This document shows, piece by piece, positions 57,501 to 64,000 of a DNA stretch of 64,000 nt. How positions within the stretch are numbered: the stretch's first letter is position 1; each line of letters opens with the position of its first letter. A model generated the notes under the pieces. The model saw only the letters and a list, made by a program, of their open reading frames with translations, was not told where the DNA came from and did no database searches. Made by a program: the position numbers and the translations under genes. This stretch comes from an uncultured bacterium (GTDB taxonomy: Bacteria > CSSED10-310 > CAZUFC01): assembly GCA_964619725.1 (NCBI GenBank), contig CAZUFC010000014.1:40641-104640 (forward strand). The letters are read 5' to 3'.

Positions 57501-57809
57501 ATAATAGCTGATGTGCGGATTATCGTAGATGTCAAGAACAATGCTCGTACAGTAAGAACTTACATCGTCGGCGCTTTCCTTTACCCATTCGTCGCCGTTG
57601 AATCGCGCATAACGAAGACTGGGATAACCGAAACTGTAACAGCAATGAGGCCTGTCGAACGAATCCAGCGCCAGAGAACAGTGTTGACCGAAAGTATTCT
57701 CGTCTTCAACGATTTCGGTAACCCAATAATCGGCTGAACATCGTGATGCATGAATCCATGCCGTTAAAATTAATACAAGCGCCGTTAGAAAAATAATCTT
57801 TCCTTTCAC
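51585..57809 (-). CDS. Giant secreted multidomain protein (beta-propellers, NHL, two Kelch-like sets, duplicated ConA-like module, PT linkers) with a C-terminal sorting tail
   Basis: PHISY/LKYA repeats, GPRGIALD..YVYVADYGN, LFGG...DTWEYD repeats; ends VPAAKPAGLLLLITLIAFLLVKRRTESL. Confidence 0.92.
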   Translation of the reverse strand: MKGKIIFLTALVLILTAWIHASRCSADYWVTEIVEDENTFGQHCSLALDSFDRPHCCYSFGYPSLRYARFNGDEWVKESADDVSSYCTSIVLDIYDNPHISYYYGSEKDLKYAHYNGSTWQVETVDAPGYVGQNTSIALDGYGRPHISYYAHDDPGNPYPHLKYAHYTGSSWQVETIEDPAEYNYGSWTAINVDSQNRPHIIYSEFRYGAIKYAYYNGSSWQLQQVDTAGSDAGYISMELDEYDHPHVSYKWDSNTLKYAYYNGSAWQKFTIETEGPGYSSLVIDESNRPLISYQHNGCLKTAYYTGSSWQKETVDCDGNVGKYCSLALDSEGKPHICYYDDTNKNLKYARKVSGEPTATPEPTSTLVPLPTITPTSQSSGVPPAIQHTTATFIQPAVTACDITAIITDVDGDLDTNALFVYSSTDEGFNWTNALMEWTGYPDEFAVSIPEQELGTVVWYYISASDLQNPPNTSFDPEFAPSSHHEYAVGWLEPVLITSDDPIVDPIDLEWGVHPEGSEDYDSGLDMPLPPPGMNPPLDAFFDCDDPAFNRLRRDIKNIPDWDLVTSWLLGVDSDDGFTLEWNVSDIPALTQDGRLIQIMLDTGTEVIDMRARNSEIFSSGYYEMYIDVYSELTTPTPGPTNTPITPTNSPPPTNTQTPEPTAAETPVETPTPTITPETTAPPTATPLRLYQFLCEFGSLGSGPCEFGSDLGPRGIALDDYGYVYVADYGNQKLKKWDIDCNCVPEWIVNSGYGAQLEYYADHLYQLVPPGGIKKWTLDGQLVWSVPVSIPYWSAGMTMDSDHNLQISIAVDRKVVVYNTEGQFVREYIVTDTGQAGGDIHASPDGYIYLSVGGDEFAKFTNAGVDTGWRRPAYGESLLFIDDEGNFWTRTEYKARKYDSAWNLVTEIGYDYQGSDPEEFYWRPSEMAEAPDGRVFLSDGGNGGNYRVQAFVPYLPTQTPQLPTCTPVSTGTPAMMSCDWEEQFPSTSPDARHEIKIVYDDYRGVCVLFGGGYEGGTQSYADTWEYNVSTGTWTEKNTSASPSARIAYGMAYDSTRDVAVFFGGSTNGYGGYYNDTWEYDGTNWTQISPDTNPYPRRHHRMVYDSCRGVVVMFGGWNGGGYNNETWEWDGSDWTLITTVGSPGPRAEPMMAFDEERCVTALFGGSNGGVYLDDTWEYDGSDWQQKYPTGSVPPARNDGRMIYDSNRNLCVLFGGTTDNGPSNDTWTWDGNTWVEEEPATIPPIRTDLGLAYDSCNEIMMMFGGQNSVSDIGDTWEYNCEAPTPTPAPTNTPTLIPTETAIPTPFLCDFQKYDDFTDGDWTSNPSWECIQGCSYWSASSGALRYNGPTPNPGAGILQIPQTAAYGCWKWRTKVEGDGHYSFRHVHFIHLDSDNFYELVHGEPCGHQDCCRTWFLRKKVGGETVELDSYYTGEGFDLGTWRHCRIERTFDGSFFVYIDDVLCMSATDNEFTTSNYFRLEFQDHIGGWQEKWIDDIYGPAEASPTPTYVPTVIPTPTGVPTPFPCDFQKYDDFSDGDWTSNPSWGCIQGCSYWSAASGALRYNGPAPNPGAGILQIPQTAAYGCWKWRTKVEGDGHYSFRHVHFIHLDSDNFYELVHGEPCGHQDCCRTWFLRKKVGGETVELDSYYTGEGFDLGTWRHCRIERTFDGSFFVYIDDVLCMSATDNEFTTSNYFRLEFQDHIGGWQEKWIDDIYGPADQTIYDWHQIFPDQYPSARAENILTYDQANNEFLLFGGSVDGINSLNDTWVFDTAAENWILLDGLNESPACRLCAAAAYDASKGVTVLFGGSITGYGGYYSDTWEFDGSSWLLKQPNTSPCARRHHKMVYDPNTETVILFGGWNGGSALNDTWQWDGTNWSLIDTEDSPSPRTEPMTAYDENRNCVVLYGGCAGSEKLDDTWELHCSYGDSNAADCNWVLRKDGSSPGPLANGAMSYDDELQKCILFGGSDQNGDFTNHTWTWDGVNAEWNQESPEHSPEVRCEIEMAYNPEMNYTLLFGGAGEGCYFDDAWKYSQDGYNPNPTPVPTFTPASVPAAKPAGLLLLITLIAFLLVKRRTESL
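52675..53912. repeat. Intragenic tandem duplication, period 648 bp (about 590-bp unit)
   Basis: 52741 aagtaattgg recurs at 53389; the protein module CDFQKYDDF...WIDDIYGPA is repeated. Confidence 0.97.
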
Positions 57810-57865
57810 ATTTTTCTCCTTTCCATCTCATTTAAGTTAGTTAAAGTCGACAAAAACAGATTCTC

Positions 57866-60800
57866 TCAGGGCAACCACAGAACACAGTCCTGTTCCGCAG
57901 CCGTCCAATAACCCTTCTTGCTTTCGATGATTGTAGAGAAATCATAAGACTTCGTTTCCGGGCTCCACCAGTAAACAGGCACGAGAACCGATCCGTCCGG
58001 CACATCGTTCGGGTCTGAGAAATCCTGATCGTCTATGAGCGAACCCAGCATGTTCCATCCTCGAGACAAGTCCATGACGTACGAAGAAGGAGCATGGCCT
58101 TCCAGAACGATATCTGCCGCCGAATCCGCAGAAACCCAGTATCCTTGTCCCACCTGCACTTCAGTAACCGGATAATATTGAAATGTAAGCGGATTCCATC
58201 TGTAGATGAATGAATTAGGCGGTAAAAAGGATTCGGGATCAGGATCGTCAAGTTCAAGAGGAACTGAAATCATGTTCCAGCCCCTGGTGAGAGAAATGAC
58301 TACCTGTCCGGGAATGCCGGTGGGAGCAGGAGTAGCGGACGGCCGAGGCGTTGCTTCAGGCGTCGCCGTCATCAAAGGCGTATCCGTTGACGTCGGTACT
58401 GGTCCTGAAAGAGTCGCAGCGCTGCCCAGGTCTGTCCAGGCGGTTTCGACTTGATCGCCGTTTCTTGCTTTCACTCTGAAATGATAAGTCGTATCAGGTT
58501 CCAGGTTCGTGCAGTTCCAGCTCATCCCGGTGATCCATCCGGAATCAGCCCCCGTATCGGTGTTCTCACAGTAATATTCCGTATGGCCGGGATTTCCGTT
58601 ATGCGTCCAGTTCGCCCGTATGCTTGTATGAGTGATATCGCTGAAATCGTCTGTTCCGGGATTCTCTGCAAGCGTATACCTGTAATCGACTGAACAGTAA
58701 TCCGTTTCGATGCCGTCGCCGTTCCTGGCTTTTGCCTTGAACTCGTATATCGTATTGACCGAAAGCGAATCGCATTCCCAAAAATCATTATCCTGTTTCC
58801 ATCCTGAATCCGGTCCCTGCGTAACGTTTTCCACTATTAATCCGGACGATCCCACAGTCAGTCGCGAAGGAGTATTGGTCGATTTCGCTTCTATGCTGTT
58901 TTTTGTGACTGAACCGAAAGTTATGCCTGATGGCGTTTCTATGTCCGTGAACGAGTATACGACGCCGGAATACGCCGTTTCATTCTGCGAAGGAGAGCTG
59001 TCCCTCGCTTTCACTCTGTATCCATACTGATGATTGGCGACCAAATCGTCATCTACATAAGAAACGCCTATCTGCCAATCAGAATCGTCGCCCCCGTAAC
59101 CGCCGGTCGGACTGCCGTAAAAATTAAAATAATACTCTACAGGAGGCGAACCGTCTGATGCCGTCGTCGCTAACATTCCTATTTCAGTCGTCCCCAGAGA
59201 CGAAGGGACGGTAGCCCACGTCATTGGGTCCGGGGTCGGCGGATCGGTGTCGTCAGAAATAATTACATTGAGCTGATAACCTTCCTTATAGGCTGTATTA
59301 TCCGTTTCATCGCCTTCGCACACTTCTTCATCAGCATCGATAATCCATCCTATCCAGTAAGTTCCTGAGGGGATATCAGTCGGGAAATAACCCGACCAAT
59401 CGCAATCGTCATAATTCCCCACCGAAATTGAGGGCATGCCTTCCTCACCTATGAAGTAATCGGCAGAACTTATGTTTTCGTCAAGCGAGGCATAAAATTG
59501 CACCGAAAAACCGCCTGAATCCGCCTCTCCCCCGTTGCGGATATTGCAGTGAATTTCAAAAGATTGTCCCGCCTCACCAGATGTCGCCTGACGCGGTGAA
59601 AAACTTCGCCCATACTCCCCGTCATCATAAAGATTCGGCTGATACGGCATGGAAATGAATTCATCCCAGTGCGTATCTTCGGCGAATGTCAGTTGATTGT
59701 AGCTTTCGTCAAAACAGTAATCTTCATGAGGAATGCAAGGTGGATTTTCAGGATAATAAATAGCCATACCGTAAGAATGATCGTAATCACCGGACTGATC
59801 GTGCATAGAAAGAACAATGGCGTTATTCAAGTCATTAATTAGAGCATTAGCAGAATTTTTGAGAGATTGCGGGAATAAGGTATTATTATACACTTTTAAA
59901 GCAAGATCATATAAATCAATATTTTTGATTTCATGATCGTTCACCAAGTCAAATTTTTGAACTGCTGCTCTAATAGATTCTATTTCATCTGATTGGCTAT
60001 TAACATTTGCATTAATAAGTTCATCTGAAAACGCATCTATCGTTAAAACAACTTCATCAATTTTGGAAAGATCAACTAAAGATTGTGTGCGTTGACCGGA
60101 ATCAATTATCGATGTTGATACTATCAGTTCTCCCAGGGTTGAGGGCGACATGCCAAAATCTGTTGTAAGATCGTCCAGAAAACTGTCATAGGACCAGCCT
60201 TGTCCTTTTACAAGTTCTTCCGATCCAACCATGTAGTCAGCATAATCCTTGTTGATATACGCAACTTCAAGCATCTGCATCAAGCAGGCATCAAATCCAA
60301 TGATATCAATTTTCTTTCCTAAATGGGTTTTTATAGCGCTTATTGCCGTTTCCCATTCACCTTCAGCAATGCTAATCTTATTATTATTCGTACTGTCACT
60401 GCTGACGCCTTTATTTTTCCAAAAACTTCCCCTTTTTGTTTTGTACCAACCATTTCCATGATCCCAGACAATTAATGCATAATGATTAGCAGGGTAAATA
60501 TCTATTGCCCATTCAGCAAAATCAATCAACTCATTTTCATCACCCATATCCGGGTCAGGTAAAATATCCATTCCCCAATCATCATCAGGAATATCCCCTA
60601 TATTAATAAGACCTTTCTTTCCATGAGACCATGAACCATAAGGATTATCATTTCCATCAAAAAGATCTATTTGAAGAATTAAATTAACTTTGTTCGTTGA
60701 TCCAATATCTGACATTTCCAAAAAATCAAGTATAGCGAAAGCTTCCAAATTATTATCCCCATTAAGAAAGACCATAAAAGTCCATTCGGCGACGCCGGCA

Positions 60801-63433
60801 CTAAAGGAATGCCCCCAATCCCAATGATCTGTAAGGGGCCAATCTCCGTAGAAGTCGGTGTAGCAGAAAGGTCTGATTTTGTATGATCCTTCTTCCGGGA
60901 TTGTCCATTCGAATGTGAAGACTGTGGGAACGACCGGCCAGATGGTCTGGTAATCGCTTAGCGGTGACTCGAAGTCGTAGGGCGTTGACTGGTCTTTGTC
61001 TATAAGGATTCTGACTTTGCTGTTATAGTATCCTGTCAACAGCGGATGTTTCACGTCGATTTCTACGGTTACAGTTTCTCCTACGGCGAATTCCGTGGTT
61101 TCCTGTCCGGACGCGTTTTTTATTCTTACGGCGGATATGTAGGGCATGTTTCTGTCCATCACGACGTTGGTCGTATTTCCTGCCGCTATATCCACATCAA
61201 CGTTATTGCACCAGAATTCTTCGTTGAAATAAGCCTCCAGCTTGTAATCATTGCCTTCTTCCACGTAGGACCAGTAAACTGTGCCGCTGGAATCCGTCAT
61301 TTCAGGATCGCCGATCTGATTCCAGTCAGAGTCGTAAAGATAGACCTGCACGCCCTCCTGGGGTGCATCGCCGATATTATTGACGGTCACATGCAATGAG
61401 CCGCCTGGAGGCTCGACAGTGATTTGCGTCGAATCGTAGCCGGTATCGTTATCGGAATTGTCATCATTGTCGCAATCGACGATCAGGCCGATATAGTAAT
61501 CATCGTATGGAATATCGGCAGGCAAATCAGCATGAGAGACGTAGGAATGAGTCGCTCCAGGCGCCAGGCTTGACCTTTGCACATAGCCCAGGTGATGATC
61601 GGATGAGGAAATTATCGTATTCAAGGAAGCGTAGAAATCGACTCTGTATGCATCAGAATACGCATCTCCGATGTTCGTTATAACGTTGTCGACGTCCACC
61701 GTATCTCCAGGACAATAAATGCCGTCTGCCGCATCGACCGACTGCACAGACAAATCGGAGTAAGCCTGCTGGACGGTGAATTGATTATACTTTTCCATAT
61801 AATCCCAGTAATCCCCGGCGCCTATGGTTTCCCACAGTCCCCATCCGACATCATAACTTCCCGGATCGGCATCTGACGGAATATCGAAATACCTCACATG
61901 ATTACTTGTCCCATGCGATGCATCAACATACACGTCGTCGTCGGAATCGCTTATCCAGTCACCGCCTGTTCCGTTTTTTCTGATGGAGCATCCCAGGCCG
62001 ACATATACGGCGCCGCTATGAGGATTACAAATCCGATAACAGACGGTGATACGACCGCCTGGGGCAATCGTCGAAGGATTCACATAACATCCTGAAGAAT
62101 TCAAAGACAAATCGGTCAGAACTGATACGGGAACCCCGTCATAACCGACATCATTTGTTTCATTTTCATCATTGGGACAATCTACAATCATTCCGATGTA
62201 ATAATCGCCCGGATCAATGTCCCCTGGTAATCCGGGCGTCGAATTATAACTGTGTGAAGAACCGCTCGGCAGCTCAGGACGGTTGTAAGCCTGCATAAAC
62301 CAATCCTGTTCAGAGATGATCGTATTTTCCGAAGCGTAAAAACTGACGGTGTACGGTTCAGAATCGCCTGCTCCTATATTGTCGGTCAGATTGTTTATAT
62401 TTATCGAATCGCCAGGGTTGTAAGAGCCGTCTGAAGCATGAACATACTGAACCGACAAATCCGCCGGAAGCATGTTCATCGTCACCATGTCATAATCGTT
62501 CAAATCAAAAGGATTGCCGATATGTATGTAGTAATAAACCAGGCCGCTTTCCGGCATATTCGGGTAAGGCGTTGAAGGCAAAGTCCAGGTATAATTATTT
62601 AAGTAATAATGATCGCCAGGATCGATCGTTACATGCCAGTCCCTGATAATATGATCGTCGGCATCCCATAATATCGTGTCGCTCGATGCGATTATTTTGA
62701 ACCAGGCATCCGCTGCGGTACCTCCTGAATTGTATACATCAAGATCAACTTGCGCAGTTCCTCCCCAATACCACGGCTCATTCTCGCAATCCCAGTCCTC
62801 AATCGTTAGCTCTGCCGCTGAAGGAACTTCGTAATACACATATAGCTGCATAACCTCCAATGTGCCGGTATCGTACTGAGCCGTATCCCTGACCCTGTAA
62901 TACCAATTTTGAGCAGGATCATCACCGTCAAAAAGACTATACTCCGTTACCGTCTCGTTTATGTCGTCGTCAGAGCCCCCTTCGTTGTCTCTCACCATCC
63001 ATGTATGACTGGAATTGTAAATTTTTACTTCCAAATCCCCTATGTAACTATGCGTTATCTCATGATGAACTCTGACTTTCGTTACATATGAACCGTCAGG
63101 AATCCCACTTGGCGCATTACAATTAATTCCAGTCCAATCGCCGTCAGGTCCGTCCGGAATGTCTATTGAACCTGACCAGTCCCACCATCTAAACTCCTCA
63201 AGAATTTCCTTACCGTCCTCTACACCTTTGACGCTCATCTTTCCTGGACTCTCTGTAAAATTGAATATCAGCAATCCATTTGAAGCCGTTTCATCAACCG
63301 AAATATTCGTTTTTATGCCTTCGATTTCATACTGTTTGACCTCATCGTTCAGAACTGATGGTTTCTCGGCATTAACAGCTAATACGCTGATAAAAAACAA
63401 AAATATTAACGTGATTCGTAAAAATTTACTCAT
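57866..63433 (-). CDS. Giant secreted protease: proprotein-convertase P domain, CARDB-like Ig domains, clostripain (C11) domain, FN3-like domains, C-terminal GWN repeats
   Basis: HSYIGDLEV; WTFMVFLNGDNNLE, WDHGNGW, FDACLM, SEE; LTRGWNMIS/LSRGWNMLG. Start ATG 63433 with SD GGGAGGAG and a signal peptide. Confidence 0.9.
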   Translation of the reverse strand: MSKFLRITLIFLFFISVLAVNAEKPSVLNDEVKQYEIEGIKTNISVDETASNGLLIFNFTESPGKMSVKGVEDGKEILEEFRWWDWSGSIDIPDGPDGDWTGINCNAPSGIPDGSYVTKVRVHHEITHSYIGDLEVKIYNSSHTWMVRDNEGGSDDDINETVTEYSLFDGDDPAQNWYYRVRDTAQYDTGTLEVMQLYVYYEVPSAAELTIEDWDCENEPWYWGGTAQVDLDVYNSGGTAADAWFKIIASSDTILWDADDHIIRDWHVTIDPGDHYYLNNYTWTLPSTPYPNMPESGLVYYYIHIGNPFDLNDYDMVTMNMLPADLSVQYVHASDGSYNPGDSININNLTDNIGAGDSEPYTVSFYASENTIISEQDWFMQAYNRPELPSGSSHSYNSTPGLPGDIDPGDYYIGMIVDCPNDENETNDVGYDGVPVSVLTDLSLNSSGCYVNPSTIAPGGRITVCYRICNPHSGAVYVGLGCSIRKNGTGGDWISDSDDDVYVDASHGTSNHVRYFDIPSDADPGSYDVGWGLWETIGAGDYWDYMEKYNQFTVQQAYSDLSVQSVDAADGIYCPGDTVDVDNVITNIGDAYSDAYRVDFYASLNTIISSSDHHLGYVQRSSLAPGATHSYVSHADLPADIPYDDYYIGLIVDCDNDDNSDNDTGYDSTQITVEPPGGSLHVTVNNIGDAPQEGVQVYLYDSDWNQIGDPEMTDSSGTVYWSYVEEGNDYKLEAYFNEEFWCNNVDVDIAAGNTTNVVMDRNMPYISAVRIKNASGQETTEFAVGETVTVEIDVKHPLLTGYYNSKVRILIDKDQSTPYDFESPLSDYQTIWPVVPTVFTFEWTIPEEGSYKIRPFCYTDFYGDWPLTDHWDWGHSFSAGVAEWTFMVFLNGDNNLEAFAILDFLEMSDIGSTNKVNLILQIDLFDGNDNPYGSWSHGKKGLINIGDIPDDDWGMDILPDPDMGDENELIDFAEWAIDIYPANHYALIVWDHGNGWYKTKRGSFWKNKGVSSDSTNNNKISIAEGEWETAISAIKTHLGKKIDIIGFDACLMQMLEVAYINKDYADYMVGSEELVKGQGWSYDSFLDDLTTDFGMSPSTLGELIVSTSIIDSGQRTQSLVDLSKIDEVVLTIDAFSDELINANVNSQSDEIESIRAAVQKFDLVNDHEIKNIDLYDLALKVYNNTLFPQSLKNSANALINDLNNAIVLSMHDQSGDYDHSYGMAIYYPENPPCIPHEDYCFDESYNQLTFAEDTHWDEFISMPYQPNLYDDGEYGRSFSPRQATSGEAGQSFEIHCNIRNGGEADSGGFSVQFYASLDENISSADYFIGEEGMPSISVGNYDDCDWSGYFPTDIPSGTYWIGWIIDADEEVCEGDETDNTAYKEGYQLNVIISDDTDPPTPDPMTWATVPSSLGTTEIGMLATTASDGSPPVEYYFNFYGSPTGGYGGDDSDWQIGVSYVDDDLVANHQYGYRVKARDSSPSQNETAYSGVVYSFTDIETPSGITFGSVTKNSIEAKSTNTPSRLTVGSSGLIVENVTQGPDSGWKQDNDFWECDSLSVNTIYEFKAKARNGDGIETDYCSVDYRYTLAENPGTDDFSDITHTSIRANWTHNGNPGHTEYYCENTDTGADSGWITGMSWNCTNLEPDTTYHFRVKARNGDQVETAWTDLGSAATLSGPVPTSTDTPLMTATPEATPRPSATPAPTGIPGQVVISLTRGWNMISVPLELDDPDPESFLPPNSFIYRWNPLTFQYYPVTEVQVGQGYWVSADSAADIVLEGHAPSSYVMDLSRGWNMLGSLIDDQDFSDPNDVPDGSVLVPVYWWSPETKSYDFSTIIESKKGYWTAAEQDCVLWLP

Positions 63434-64000
63434 GTGTCGCTCCTCCCTTACCATTATTTGTGAAAAACTCAAAATATTCAGTTTTCTCAATATAAAAAGC
63501 AGTGCTTCCTGCTTGTTTTTAAACGCTTTTCTGCACATACGAATGCACAAATACACCATGCCTCCAATCCAAAAATAAAATTTCAATTCTTGCCTCACTA
63601 TAAACAAACGAAAAAAACGGCATGACGAGACAGAATTTTTTGAATTTTTTTTTATTGAATTCGTTATGTCATTAACTTCAAAGGAAAAAGCGTTAAAAAA
63701 AAATAAACGTGTTTTCATCTCGGTCAGCGGACTTAGCGGACATGGCGGACGGAGCGGACCCGGAGGGAGGAAATCAGGACTGTTCAAACCGCATTTACAC
63801 TTTTTTCAAAACGTTTGACAGTTTGTTTCGGGGTCGGGGTCGGGGCACGGTATCGTCAAAGTAATTAGTTTTTGTCCATAAACGGCGAATTTTCCCCAAT
63901 ACTGCGTCAGGCTGCGGATTTGCTCAGTCAACGTATATGCATTACCCCTACCTCGCAAATCCTTGTCTTAATTGCTTTAAGATAAATTCGCCCGTTTATG

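Noticed and set aside
63434-63787. N-terminal 118-aa extension of the protease ORF
   Set aside because: AT-rich promoter and repeat DNA; the SD and signal peptide indicate a start at 63433

Overview
This is a 64-kb chromosomal segment of an anaerobic, probably diderm bacterium. It has no rRNA, tRNA, CRISPR array, phage or intact IS. Housekeeping blocks are pnp-resB-ccsA, rpmH-rnpA-yidD-yidC-jag (with no adjacent dnaA or mnmE), HU/IHF-gcvT-gcvH-gcvPA-gcvPB, galU, queF and a fused ftcD. Other loci are a DUF58-transglutaminase-PilP/GspC-like-TPR cluster, a hybrid histidine kinase, a CsgG-family protein, a flavodiiron-like protein lacking most iron ligands beside two cNMP-binding proteins, and a double-cubane reductase/ATPase-activator pair. 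Four large secreted multidomain proteins are present (1483, 646, 2074 and about 1855 aa). The most striking signal is that three otherwise unrelated ones end in the same 28-residue tail ([ILV]PA[TA], a hydrophobic helix, then basic residues). This points to a lineage-specific sortase/exosortase-type sorting system whose enzyme is not identifiable here. Intergenic regions carry several families of short periodic and dispersed repeats. All family assignments come from reading motifs by eye, not from database searches.
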